Shown: positions 31,767 through 41,289 of the stretch, piece after piece
Numbering within the stretch: the stretch's first letter is position 1
Layout: each line of letters starts with the position of its first letter
Virus record (IMG/VR): IMGVR_UViG_3300031566_000048
Source: a virus
DNA: 54,138 nucleotides
Reading direction: 5' to 3' (one strand)
Program-made: the position numbers and the translations under genes
The notes under the pieces: generated by a model
The model's database searches: none
Seen by the model: the letters and a program-made list of their open reading frames with translations, nothing else
What the model was told of the DNA's origin: nothing

Positions 31767-32006
31767 ATGAAAATTATAATATATAAATGCGATATTTGCG
31801 GGGATATTTTAAGCGATGAAAGTATAGAGCCTAAAATAGCAAAAGCTCATATTAACATAAAGAACCCTGATACTTTTCGTTTATCAGTTACAAATGAAAA
31901 TGGAACTTGGATAAACAAAAGATTAAATTATGCCAAAAGCAACAGATGCGTAGAACAGCAGTATTGCATACATTGTTTGATAGAAAAACTAAAAGAGTTG
32001 ATATAA
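31767..32006 (+). CDS. Zinc-ribbon protein
   Basis: 'CDICG...CIHC'. RBS 'cggagga'. Confidence 0.5.
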   Translation: MKIIIYKCDICGDILSDESIEPKIAKAHINIKNPDTFRLSVTNENGTWINKRLNYAKSNRCVEQQYCIHCLIEKLKELI

Positions 32007-32083
32007 CCCTTTTAATTTACTAGAATATTAATATGAATATTTTTTATAATAAAAATATTTTTAAAAAAAACATATTTAACTTT

Positions 32084-32110
32084 AGCAGGTTAGTGCCTGC
32101 TTTTTTTATT
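32084..32110 (+). terminator. Intrinsic terminator
   Basis: 'agcagg-ttagtg-cctgct' followed by a run of T residues. Confidence 0.75.
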
Positions 32111-32112
32111 TT

Positions 32113-32280
32113 ATGAGATACATAAAAAGACTTAAAATAAATTGTCCCAAATGCAAGCAAGATTTTTACATTGGAAGTGAAAATATAAAATTTACAACTG
32201 AATTGAAATATGGTATAGAAAAGGTAGTATTGCATTGCATTTGTAAAAAATGTAATGTAAAATTGGAGTTGGAAGTATGA
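32113..32280 (+). CDS. Small zinc-ribbon protein (55 aa)
   Basis: 'CPKC...CKKC'. Confidence 0.35.
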   Translation: MRYIKRLKINCPKCKQDFYIGSENIKFTTELKYGIEKVVLHCICKKCNVKLELEV

Positions 32281-32399
32281 AAAAATATAATAAATTTAAA
32301 AACTTAAAAAAACAATTTACAGATAAGGAAATTAAATTACTTGCAGATGCTTTTACTAAAACTGCAAAAATTTCAGCTAATTGTGGTATAGCTCTTTAA
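32277..32399 (+). CDS. Small ORF (40 aa)
   Basis: ATGA overlap with the upstream ORF. Confidence 0.3.
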   Translation: MKKYNKFKNLKKQFTDKEIKLLADAFTKTAKISANCGIAL

Positions 32400-32560
32400 A
32401 CAATTTGTGTGGTTAGCGTTGTGGTGCTATTTTGTATCTATAGCTATTTATAAATGGTTAACACTTTGACACACATCAATTAAAAGTAACAGTTGAGCCT
32501 TGCAAGCTCTTTATTCGGCATTTGGAAATCCTACCGAACCTGTTAAAATACGCACTTTCT

Positions 32561-32612
32561 AGGGGTGTTTGTATTAGCATATATATTTATGTTAGTATAA
32601 ACGCCCCTTTTT
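32561..32612 (+). terminator. Stem-loop plus T-run, related to the one at 37411
   Basis: 'aggggtgttt' pairs with 'aaacgcccct' (one G-U pair). 28-nt loop, then 'ttttt'. Confidence 0.5.
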
Positions 32613-32632
32613 GCGTATATAGGATTAAAAAA

Positions 32633-32779
32633 ATGAATAAATACGAAGTAATTCATTTGGTAGATAATTTTAAAAATTACACTTATTTTAATAATAAAAC
32701 AAGTGCTTATACTTTTGCTTATAAAAATAAACCCAGCATAATTTTATTTAATAGAAAAAAGATTAAGGAGCTTAAGTAA
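32633..32779 (+). CDS. Small hypothetical protein (48 aa)
   Basis: The ATG at 32633 follows the terminator. The track's longer N-terminus covers the hairpin. Confidence 0.4.
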   Translation: MNKYEVIHLVDNFKNYTYFNNKTSAYTFAYKNKPSIILFNRKKIKELK

Positions 32780-33078
32780 TGAATAGCGATTGTTATAAAA
32801 GATTTTTTGCTAAAAAAACAGACAATAATACAGTTAGATTTGGGGATAATGTAGAAATAATATTATCCGAAATTTCTTGTATAAATAATGTTGGCGAAAG
32901 AACTATGACTGTATTTAAAGATGAGTGGGTTTATTTGTATGAATATAACATATTTTTAAAAGGCGGAGAAAAATTAAACAAAATACTTTCCACTCACGAG
33001 CCAATAGATTTATTTAATTATATTTTTAATAACGGATATTTGGATTATAAAAAAATCAATATTAAGAAAAAACCATAA
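32779..33078 (+). CDS. Hypothetical protein
   Basis: TAATG overlap with the upstream gene. Confidence 0.5.
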   Translation: MNSDCYKRFFAKKTDNNTVRFGDNVEIILSEISCINNVGERTMTVFKDEWVYLYEYNIFLKGGEKLNKILSTHEPIDLFNYIFNNGYLDYKKINIKKKP

Positions 33079-33090
33079 GGAATTTAAGTG

Positions 33091-33234
33091 ATGAATTTTG
33101 AAGTAACATATAATAATGACGGTAAGTATACCACTGCGGAGTTTTACAACGAAGATGAGGCTATTAAATTTGCTATGAAAGTAAAGGGTATTGTATTGCA
33201 GGATAAAGAAGTAATTGAGAATTTTAGTGAGTGA
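33091..33234 (+). CDS. Small ORF (47 aa)
   Basis: Fills a gap on the + strand. Confidence 0.35.
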   Translation: MNFEVTYNNDGKYTTAEFYNEDEAIKFAMKVKGIVLQDKEVIENFSE

Positions 33235-33236
33235 TT

Positions 33237-33386
33237 ATGACTAAACAAGAATTAATAGAAAAACTTAAAAATGTTAAAGGGCTTAAACCAGAAGCGCATA
33301 TACAAGCTGATAAACTTTTACTTGAATATATAGATGATACAGAAGTTATGAAAACTTTTGATAATATTGATAAATGGTATGAGTGA
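33237..33386 (+). CDS. Small ORF (49 aa)
   Basis: Fills a gap on the + strand. Confidence 0.35.
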   Translation: MTKQELIEKLKNVKGLKPEAHIQADKLLLEYIDDTEVMKTFDNIDKWYE

Positions 33387-33446
33387 TAAAAATAAAAAAT
33401 AATATGTAATGTTTTAACAATTTAAAAAAAGGTAGTTTACATTAAA

Positions 33447-33845
33447 ATGTCAACATCAGATAAATTAACAAAAGCAATGAGACTTAAAATAGACGAGGCA
33501 GCTGCATATGGTTGTACTAATGCAGAGATAGCTTTATATTGTGATATAGAAACAAAGACCATTTATAATTGGTTTAATAGAGACCCTAAACTAAAAGAGC
33601 GTGTTAAGCAGTTAAAAGATAAGCCCATATTATTGGCTAGACAGACGGTTCTAAAAGCAATAAAAAATGATAATGCTGAAATGGCTTTGAAATATTTGGA
33701 AAGAAAGAAAAAAGACGAATTTAGTTTAAAGACGGAAACGGAAGTGAAAGGTTCTATTGAAAACAAAACAGACCTTGATAATTTACCTTTAAAAGACAAA
33801 AAAGAAATATTAGAAATTATGAAAAGAAGTAATGAAAATAAATGA
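33447..33845 (+). CDS. Terminase small subunit
   Basis: HTH-like 'GCTNAEIALYCDIETKTIYNWF'. Overlaps the terminase large subunit start. Confidence 0.6.
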   Translation: MSTSDKLTKAMRLKIDEAAAYGCTNAEIALYCDIETKTIYNWFNRDPKLKERVKQLKDKPILLARQTVLKAIKNDNAEMALKYLERKKKDEFSLKTETEVKGSIENKTDLDNLPLKDKKEILEIMKRSNENK

Positions 33846-35259
33846 CATTAATTTTAGTAAGCAGGATTTAATTAGAAGTATTTGTAAAGATAGTTATTAC
33901 GAGTTCTTTAATATAGCGTGGGAAGTATTAGAACCCACTACGGAGTTAATACAAAATTGGCATATAAAGTATCTATGCGATAAGTTGCAAGCAGAAGTAG
34001 AACGGATAGCTAACAAGAAGCCAAAAGATAAAGACATCATAATTAATATACCTCCGAGAAGTCTTAAATCAAGTATAACTACTATTTTTTTAAATGCTTG
34101 GGCTTGGATAAAGTATCCACATTTAAAGTTTATTGCAGCTAGTTTTGCACAGGAACTTGCTAATTCATTGAGTATGTCAACTAGGCGGTTAATTGAAAGT
34201 AACTGGTATCAGGAGCATTTTGGTAATATTTTTAAATTAACCACAGACCAAAACACAAAGAGTTGGTTTGAAAATGATAAAGGTGGAATGCGTAAAGCAG
34301 TTGGTGTTGGTAGTGGTATAACAGGAATGGGAGCGGATGTAATTTGTGTAGATGATGCTTTAAATCCACAAATGGCAGATAGTGAAGCAGAGAGGCTCAA
34401 TTGTTTAGAGTGGTATGACAAGACTTTATTTAGTAGATTAAATAATCAAAATATAGGATTAAGAGTTGTAATTATGCAGAGATTGCACGAGAACGATTTA
34501 ACAGGACATCTATTAGGCAAAAGAGCAAGCTATTATAAGCATATTTGTATTCCTGTTGAAAATACTGAAATGATATCGCCTAAATATTTGGTAGGTAAAT
34601 ATGAGAATGGTTTATTTTTTCCTAAAAGATTTCCATTATCAAGTTTACAAGAATATAAATCAAATCTAGGTTCATATGGATACAGCGGGCAAATGTTACA
34701 ATCTCCAAGTCCAGAAGGTGGTGGCATAATAAAGCAAGAATGGTGGAAATATTATACTAATTTGCCAAACACTAAAAGAAAAATATGGAGTTGGGACACA
34801 GCGGTAAAAACTGGAACTCAAAATGATTATAGTGTTGGAATACTATTTGGGGAGACTGACACAGGATATTATTTGATTGATTGCGTAAGGGGTAAATGGG
34901 AATATCCTGAATTGAAAAGAATGGTGCAAGCTTGTAACAATAAACATAAAGCAGATACTATTTTGATTGAAGATAAATCAAGCGGACAGCAGATAATACA
35001 AGATTTACAAAGAGGTACTAATTTGCCAATAATTAACTTTAAAACTGATAAAGATAAACAGGCACGGGTTCGGATATGTAGCAGTACAATTGAAAGTGGT
35101 AGGGTATTTTTACCTGAAAACGCAGAGTGGCTAGTAGATTTTTTAAAAGAGTTTAATAATTTTCCAAACGCTAAACACGATGACATTGTTGATAGTACTA
35201 CTCAAGGACTAATATATTTAACAAGAGAAAAACCTTTTGTATACGGATTTGCTAATTAG
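33832..35259 (+). CDS. Terminase large subunit
   Basis: ATPase motifs 'IINIPPRSLKSS' and 'VICVDDAL'. Nuclease region 'WSWDTA.....NDYSV' and 'ILIEDKSSG'. Confidence 0.9.
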   Translation: MKINDINFSKQDLIRSICKDSYYEFFNIAWEVLEPTTELIQNWHIKYLCDKLQAEVERIANKKPKDKDIIINIPPRSLKSSITTIFLNAWAWIKYPHLKFIAASFAQELANSLSMSTRRLIESNWYQEHFGNIFKLTTDQNTKSWFENDKGGMRKAVGVGSGITGMGADVICVDDALNPQMADSEAERLNCLEWYDKTLFSRLNNQNIGLRVVIMQRLHENDLTGHLLGKRASYYKHICIPVENTEMISPKYLVGKYENGLFFPKRFPLSSLQEYKSNLGSYGYSGQMLQSPSPEGGGIIKQEWWKYYTNLPNTKRKIWSWDTAVKTGTQNDYSVGILFGETDTGYYLIDCVRGKWEYPELKRMVQACNNKHKADTILIEDKSSGQQIIQDLQRGTNLPIINFKTDKDKQARVRICSSTIESGRVFLPENAEWLVDFLKEFNNFPNAKHDDIVDSTTQGLIYLTREKPFVYGFAN

Positions 35260-35268
35260 GATTTAATT

Positions 35269-35457
35269 ATGGAATACGGAGATAAATTAGAAAAAAGGGA
35301 CGGGGATTGTGAAAATGGTAATTGTACTGCTCTTATAGCGTATGGAAATCCTTACTATATAGTGCAAGGAAAAAAGCTTTGTCCTGATTGTTATGAAAGT
35401 TATTTAATTAAAAATGGGTTGACTTCAAGTGTAATTTTTACGGATGGATTTAGATAA
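35269..35457 (+). CDS. Small Cys-containing protein between terminase and portal
   Basis: 'C..GNC...CPDC'. Confidence 0.45.
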   Translation: MEYGDKLEKRDGDCENGNCTALIAYGNPYYIVQGKKLCPDCYESYLIKNGLTSSVIFTDGFR

Positions 35458-36888
35458 ATGAAACTACAATTTAAAAGAGCATTTAATACATTAATTGGAA
35501 AAAAGAGTTATAGTATAGAAGATATTTTAAGAATTACCTATGGCGGTAATGGCGATACTTTTGGTAAGGATTTAACAGATGAAGAGGCATTAACTCTTTA
35601 CGCTAGGGTTACTGCTATTAATACGGCGGTTAATTTAATTACAGATAAATTTAAAACTTTAGAACCTGTCTTATGGGATAAGAAAGAAGAGAAATTTATA
35701 AAAAATGGTTCGGAAGGTATAAAAGAAAACGAGCAAGCATTATTTGATTTATTAGCAGAACCTAATAAAGATACATTAAAAGATGAGTTTTTTAAACAAA
35801 TGGGTAGTTATTATATACCCACTGGAAATTTATATATAGTTGGTATTGGTAATATTACACAACCTCCAAAAGAATTAAATGTTATCCCTAGCCAATATGT
35901 TGAAGTAAAAGGTAGTAAATTAGACGGGCTTGCATCTGAGTATACAATACAATCCTACGGACACAAAGAAATATTTAAACGCTCTCCAAAAGAATTTAGA
36001 TTTTTTAGTGGTGATGGTAGGGAAATTTGGCATATAAAAACTTTTAATCCGTTTAGAAGTAGTGATAATTTAAAAGGTATGTCATTATTTAATGCAGATA
36101 AATCTCCTGCTTTACAAATACAAGAAGGAGATAAACATAATTTTAATAGTTTAAAAAATGGTGCTTTTTTAGGTGGGTTACTTTCAATAGATGAATTATC
36201 CGCAGACCAAATGCAAAAGGTGCAAAGTGATTTCAATTCTAAACATAAGGGAACTGAAAACTCAAACAAGGTTGCTATCTTTGGTAAAAAACACGAATTT
36301 ACCGAACTAGGTAAATCTATGAGAGATATGGATTTTAGAAATTTAATTAATGATAAAGAAAAGCAGATTTATAATAATCTAAAAATACCTTTGCCTTTGG
36401 TAAGCACAGAGGCATCCACATTTAATAATTTTGAAGAGGCACAGGTAAAGCTATGGGATAATGCTATATTGCCATTAGCAAAGACTATGTTTCAAGAATT
36501 AACCAGTTTTTTGGTATCACGATTTAAACTTGAAAATAAAATAATTACTTATGATGAGAATGACATTGATGATTTAGCAGTTCGTAGAAATAAGGAATTG
36601 GCAAGAAAGCAAAAATCGGGTTATTTCACTGATAATGAATTAAGAACGGAAGAGGGTATGGAACAGTTAACAGATGGTGCTGATGCTATTTATAAGCCTA
36701 TGAATTTAGTCCCTGTGGCAACGGATATAAACAAAACAAATGCTTTAACTAAACCTAAACCTGTAAAAGAATTAACTACCCGAAATAAGTTTATTGATTT
36801 AATGCAAAAGCAGGTAGATGAGAAAGGCAATAGAAAGTTTACCGATGTAGAGATAATAGAGATTGCAGATGAGGAGGGGTTAGAGTAA
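35458..36888 (+). CDS. Portal protein (HK97-type Phage_portal family)
   Basis: Size and position after the terminase large subunit. Overall pattern, for example 'GNLYIVGIG' and 'WDNAILPL'. Confidence 0.8.
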   Translation: MKLQFKRAFNTLIGKKSYSIEDILRITYGGNGDTFGKDLTDEEALTLYARVTAINTAVNLITDKFKTLEPVLWDKKEEKFIKNGSEGIKENEQALFDLLAEPNKDTLKDEFFKQMGSYYIPTGNLYIVGIGNITQPPKELNVIPSQYVEVKGSKLDGLASEYTIQSYGHKEIFKRSPKEFRFFSGDGREIWHIKTFNPFRSSDNLKGMSLFNADKSPALQIQEGDKHNFNSLKNGAFLGGLLSIDELSADQMQKVQSDFNSKHKGTENSNKVAIFGKKHEFTELGKSMRDMDFRNLINDKEKQIYNNLKIPLPLVSTEASTFNNFEEAQVKLWDNAILPLAKTMFQELTSFLVSRFKLENKIITYDENDIDDLAVRRNKELARKQKSGYFTDNELRTEEGMEQLTDGADAIYKPMNLVPVATDINKTNALTKPKPVKELTTRNKFIDLMQKQVDEKGNRKFTDVEIIEIADEEGLE

Positions 36889-37034
36889 TGGCAGAATGCG
36901 AACACGATTGGGGAATAGACCAATTTACTTTTAGCCCTAAAGTAATTAAATTTTGTAAGTTATGTAGAAAAGAAATTGATATAACAGATTTGCAGATATG
37001 CAAAAATAAAACAGAAGAAGGAGTAGAAGAATGA
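36888..37034 (+). CDS. Small Cys-containing ORF (48 aa)
   Basis: TAATG overlap with the portal stop. Confidence 0.35.
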   Translation: MAECEHDWGIDQFTFSPKVIKFCKLCRKEIDITDLQICKNKTEEGVEE

Positions 37035-37345
37035 TAATAAAAATAGACTTCCTAAATAAAGGGAGTAAGTACATTGACGGTGCAGAAGAAGTTATTGTGG
37101 AAGGTGGATTTGAAACACCTAAAGAGATATTAGATAAATATTCTCCCCCACAATATCATTTAATTACAGGTGGAAATGATAATTGGAATTATAGATATAT
37201 TAGTTACAAGGATAAAAATAATGACTTGCGATGTATAATTACAAAATATCAATTATTTGTTATGAATAATAATGGAAAAACTATAGAAATTTATAAGCCT
37301 ATAGAAATAAAACAGACAGAGGTTAGAAAAAATATAAGTAAGTAA
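37031..37345 (+). CDS. Hypothetical protein
   Basis: ATGA overlap with the upstream ORF. Confidence 0.5.
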   Translation: MIIKIDFLNKGSKYIDGAEEVIVEGGFETPKEILDKYSPPQYHLITGGNDNWNYRYISYKDKNNDLRCIITKYQLFVMNNNGKTIEIYKPIEIKQTEVRKNISK

Positions 37346-37410
37346 CAATTTCTAGGTGCGGTTCATTACCGCTTTACAGTGCCTAAACACTGACTAGTTT
37401 GCACACTTTT

Positions 37411-37446
37411 AGGGGTGTATGGTTAAAATCCATATACCCCTTTTTT
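37411..37446 (+). terminator. Intrinsic terminator
   Basis: 'ggggtgtatgg-ttaaaat-ccatatacccc' followed by six T residues. Preceded by two 5-bp hairpins. Confidence 0.7.
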
Positions 37447-37467
37447 GTGTGAAAAAAAATAAAAATT

Positions 37468-38295
37468 ATGTGTGAAATTTGCAAAGATAAAAAAGATTTA
37501 GTTACCTCAAATGCCGATGCTAATAGACAGGTTGCTATTGATTTAGCTAAAAAACTTAAACTTGAACCTGCCTTTGCAAAAGACATAAGAAGACTTTTAA
37601 ATACTATTATAACTGATTATGAAGTGTTTTATGGTGTAACAGGACAAGTACCTAGTATGCAACCTTATCAAGATGACTTAACAGGTATTTTGAAAAATCA
37701 TTATCGTAAAACCAGTAAACAATTTAAAAATAATATTACAGGTAATTTAGATAAAACAGAAGAAGTTAAGAATTTAGAAAATGCAGTTAGTGTGGCTATG
37801 GCAAATTATATTAATCAACATTCTACAGAACAGGCACAATTTATTAACCGCACAACGCAAAATGAAATAACAGATATTACAAGAAAAACTATAGTGAATG
37901 CATCTATTGAGGGCGAACAATTAAGTAATTCAGAAGTTGCCACTAAAGTTAAACTGGATTATAAAAAACAAATACCTACTAGAGCTGATACTATAGCAAT
38001 GACCGAAGTAAATAATGTTAGTGAAACATCTAAACAAACAGAGGCTAGTATGGTTTCTGTAAGTGGATTAGTTGTGGCAGGAACTGCGGTGGCTGGATTA
38101 ATGCAAAAAACTTGGCATACTGTTTTAGATAGCAAAACAAGAACTTCACACGCAAGGGCAGACGGACAGACTGTAGATACCAATCAACCTTTTTTCGTTG
38201 GTGGTGAGCCATTACGATATCCAAGTGATAGTAGGGGAAGTGTGGGTAATACAATAAATTGCAGATGTTCTGTTACTTATGGATTAAGGAAATAA
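37468..38295 (+). CDS. Head morphogenesis protein (Mu F / SPP1 gp7 family)
   Basis: 'KTWHTVLDSKTRTSHARADGQTV....PF..GGEPLRYPSD......NCRCS'. Confidence 0.85.
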   Translation: MCEICKDKKDLVTSNADANRQVAIDLAKKLKLEPAFAKDIRRLLNTIITDYEVFYGVTGQVPSMQPYQDDLTGILKNHYRKTSKQFKNNITGNLDKTEEVKNLENAVSVAMANYINQHSTEQAQFINRTTQNEITDITRKTIVNASIEGEQLSNSEVATKVKLDYKKQIPTRADTIAMTEVNNVSETSKQTEASMVSVSGLVVAGTAVAGLMQKTWHTVLDSKTRTSHARADGQTVDTNQPFFVGGEPLRYPSDSRGSVGNTINCRCSVTYGLRK

Positions 38296-38326
38296 ATTAT
38301 GAAAATAAATTTAGGAGATAAATAAT

Positions 38327-39094
38327 ATGGAAACATTGGATGTAAAGATTTCTACAATAAGTGATTTAAAATTAAAAAAAGAAAACGGTAAATTATTCCT
38401 TCGTGGTTACGCAAACACTAAAGGCACGGCTGATAGATATGGGGATATTCCTACTGTTTTTAACAGAGATTTTATTTACGAATTAACGCAGTTTAAGAAA
38501 AATCCTGTTATGTTAATAAATCACGAAAATAAAGTTGAAAATATTGCAGGTAGTTTTACTAAATTGGAAGAAGACGACAAAGGTTTATATTTTGAAAGTG
38601 AATTTAGCCAAAGTGATTTACCACTTATAAAACACGCTAGAACTGTTTATGGCGAGGGACACGCTAAAGCGTTATCTATTGCAGGTAAATTTCTATATGA
38701 AGATGAAGACAATCCAAAGCATTTAACACTAGCAAAAATTTATGAAATTAGTTTAGTTCCTGTACCTGCCGACCCTAATAGTTTAGCAGTTGCTTTTGAA
38801 AAGGCGTACAAGGAATTAAACGAAAAAAAGGAAGTTAAAAAATCTGAAGTAGAAATAAAAGAAATTGAAACTATTAAGTCTTTAAGTGAGTTAGAGACTT
38901 ATTTAAAAACGAAAGGAATTAGTAATAAAGAGGCTTTGATAGTAATATCAAAAGTAAAACAATTTTCTAACAGTGATTGTAAAGAAAATACCCAGCGTGA
39001 TGCTGGTAAAATAGACCTTAAAGCTATTAATAATAAATTAAATGAAGTTATTTTTGGCTTAAAGATAAATGAAAGTTTAAGAAAAATAAAATAG
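38327..39094 (+). CDS. Prohead protease (HK97 / S78 family), with a possible C-terminal scaffold-like tail
   Basis: 'LRGYANTKGTADRYGDIP', 'INHE', 'ISLVPVPADPNS'. Confidence 0.8.
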   Translation: METLDVKISTISDLKLKKENGKLFLRGYANTKGTADRYGDIPTVFNRDFIYELTQFKKNPVMLINHENKVENIAGSFTKLEEDDKGLYFESEFSQSDLPLIKHARTVYGEGHAKALSIAGKFLYEDEDNPKHLTLAKIYEISLVPVPADPNSLAVAFEKAYKELNEKKEVKKSEVEIKEIETIKSLSELETYLKTKGISNKEALIVISKVKQFSNSDCKENTQRDAGKIDLKAINNKLNEVIFGLKINESLRKIK

Positions 39095-39106
39095 GAGATT
39101 AAAATT

Positions 39107-40417
39107 ATGGAATTGCAAACAATACAAAAAGATATAGATAAAAATTTATCTACTCTTGGCGATATGGTAAAAGCCACGCAGGAAAGAATAGATAAACTTG
39201 AAAAAAGTACCGATGCTGTTACTAAAGCAGAATTGGAACAGATTGGAAAGAAGTCTACTGAATTAGAAGATAAAATTCAAAAACAATCTGCAGCTAGAGA
39301 TGCTTTAAAAAAACAGGTTGATGAACTTGAAAAAGCTAAATATAGGTTTGGTGTAGGTTCTGAAGAAGAATTAAAAAATATGTCTAAAGAATATGATAAA
39401 GATATTAGAACATATATGCGTAAAGGTGTTATACCAAAACAAGAAAATATAGATAATATGCTTGAAAATATGATAAGAAAAAATATTAAAAGCATAAGTG
39501 ATGAAGAAATTCCAATGGCAAAAAAGGAACTTTCTGTTATTATAAATCCTGAAGGCGGATATTTAGTAAGCCCACAAAGACTTTCTAAAATGGTTGAAAG
39601 AAGTTTTGAAACTTCACCTATAAGAAGAGTTGCCAGTATAGAAACAACAACTACCGATAGCGTGGAACTTATCATTGATGATAATGAAGCGTCTAGTGGT
39701 GGTTGGATTGGAGAAAAGCAGGCAAGAACTAATACAGACACACCTGAAATAGGAAAACTCACAATATTTAATCACGAACAATTTGCCAAACCTAGAGCCA
39801 CTCAAAAAATACTTGATGATGCTGGTTTTGATATTGAAGGTTGGCTAATGAGAAAAGTTGAGGATAAGTTTATAAGAACTGAAAACACTGCTTTCATAAG
39901 TGGGAATGGAGTAGGTAAACCTAAAGGATTTTTAAGTTATCCAGCTTGGGCAGTTCAAGGAACTTACGAAAGAGGCAAAATAGAGCAAATTACATCTGCT
40001 ACAAGTGGAACTTTGGGAGCTGATGATTATATTGATACTCAAGGTTCTTTACAAGAAATATATCAACCTAGAGCTGTGTGGATGATGAAACGCTCAACTT
40101 GGACTAATGCAAAAAAATTAAAAGACGGACAAGGTAATTACTTGATTGATTTCACTTTGCTTAAAGATGGTACTGATATGAGAATGTTAGGGAAACCAGT
40201 AATTTTTGCAGATGATATGCCAGCTATTGCAGGAAGTGCATTATCCGTTGCATATGGCGATTTCAATATGGGCTACACAATTGTTGATAGATTAGGAATA
40301 AGAGTTTTAAGAGACCCTTATTCTGCCAAGCCTTATATAGAATTTTATACTACGAAAAGAGTTGGTGGAGATGTAACCAATTATGAAAGCATAAAAATTC
40401 TAAAAGTACAGGCATAA
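39107..40417 (+). CDS. Major capsid protein (HK97 fold) with an N-terminal coiled-coil delta domain
   Basis: Position after the protease. Charged coiled N-terminus of about 120 aa. 'GGYLVSPQ', 'GWIGEKQ' and 'AVWMMKRSTW' are typical HK97-family stretches. Confidence 0.85.
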   Translation: MELQTIQKDIDKNLSTLGDMVKATQERIDKLEKSTDAVTKAELEQIGKKSTELEDKIQKQSAARDALKKQVDELEKAKYRFGVGSEEELKNMSKEYDKDIRTYMRKGVIPKQENIDNMLENMIRKNIKSISDEEIPMAKKELSVIINPEGGYLVSPQRLSKMVERSFETSPIRRVASIETTTTDSVELIIDDNEASSGGWIGEKQARTNTDTPEIGKLTIFNHEQFAKPRATQKILDDAGFDIEGWLMRKVEDKFIRTENTAFISGNGVGKPKGFLSYPAWAVQGTYERGKIEQITSATSGTLGADDYIDTQGSLQEIYQPRAVWMMKRSTWTNAKKLKDGQGNYLIDFTLLKDGTDMRMLGKPVIFADDMPAIAGSALSVAYGDFNMGYTIVDRLGIRVLRDPYSAKPYIEFYTTKRVGGDVTNYESIKILKVQA

Positions 40418-40441
40418 AAATAATTTAAAGGAGAAATATAA

Positions 40442-40876
40442 ATGAATAGAGAAATATCAAGCAATATATTTACAGCTGAAGCATTAGCACCGCAGGAAAT
40501 AGCTTCTGATACTACAACTGTAGGAGCTATTTTAGACCTTGCAAATTATGATGGTGGAGCTACTTTAGCTATACATAGCGGTACTCTTACAGACGGAACT
40601 TATACGCCATTAGTTGAGGAAGGCGATGACCCAGCACTTTCTGATGCAGCAGCTGTTGCAGATACTGACCTTTACAGAAAAGGGGTAACAAGCGGACAGG
40701 AAGCTGATGCGGCTTTTGCTGCAACTGATGATAACGAAATACATAAACTAGCTTACATTGGTACTAAAAGATATATCAGATTAAGCATAGTTTCTGCGAG
40801 TACATCTTCGGGTGGTTTTTTATCTGCAATGGCATTAAAAGACCCTGAAATAAAAGATGTAGGCGATAGTGCTTAA
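40442..40876 (+). CDS. Hypothetical head-associated protein
   Basis: Follows the major capsid gene. Ala/Thr/Asp-rich. Confidence 0.45.
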   Translation: MNREISSNIFTAEALAPQEIASDTTTVGAILDLANYDGGATLAIHSGTLTDGTYTPLVEEGDDPALSDAAAVADTDLYRKGVTSGQEADAAFAATDDNEIHKLAYIGTKRYIRLSIVSASTSSGGFLSAMALKDPEIKDVGDSA

Positions 40877-40889
40877 AAGGAATACTTAA

Positions 40890-41213
40890 ATGAAAATTAA
40901 GTTTAATAAAAATTATGATTACGCTTTTGATGGCATTAATATAACTCGTTTCAAAGAAGGGCATATTTACGAAAATATATCAGATGATTTTTGTAAATTA
41001 ATGATTGAAAGGGGTTATGCTGTTGATGCTAAACCAAAAGAAATTATAATAGAAAACAAACGGGCAGAAATTGAAGACAAGAAAGAAACTTTTACTGAAC
41101 CTAAACGGGATATAGGTTTGGTTACCAAAAAAAAAGTCCAAAAAAATGCAGTAGAACCTCCACTGCAAAAGAAAAGAGGCAGACCTAGTAAAAAGGGCAA
41201 GCAAAAGAAGTAA
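40890..41213 (+). CDS. Hypothetical protein with a basic C-terminal tail
   Basis: 'KKRGRPSKKGKQKK' at the C-terminus. Confidence 0.45.
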   Translation: MKIKFNKNYDYAFDGINITRFKEGHIYENISDDFCKLMIERGYAVDAKPKEIIIENKRAEIEDKKETFTEPKRDIGLVTKKKVQKNAVEPPLQKKRGRPSKKGKQKK

Positions 41214-41219
41214 TTAATT

Positions 41220-41256
41220 CCCCCTCTGTTTTTTAAGTTTTTTTCGGCAGAGGGGG
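41220..41256 (+). promoter_or_regulatory. Stem-loop 'ccccctctg...cagaggggg', copy 1 of a repeated hairpin
   Basis: 9-bp GC-rich stem. Shares 'ggcagagggg-aaa(a)taa' with 41776-41810. Confidence 0.5.
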
Positions 41257-41289
41257 AAAATAAAAATTTAGTTTTATAGGAGATTTTAA

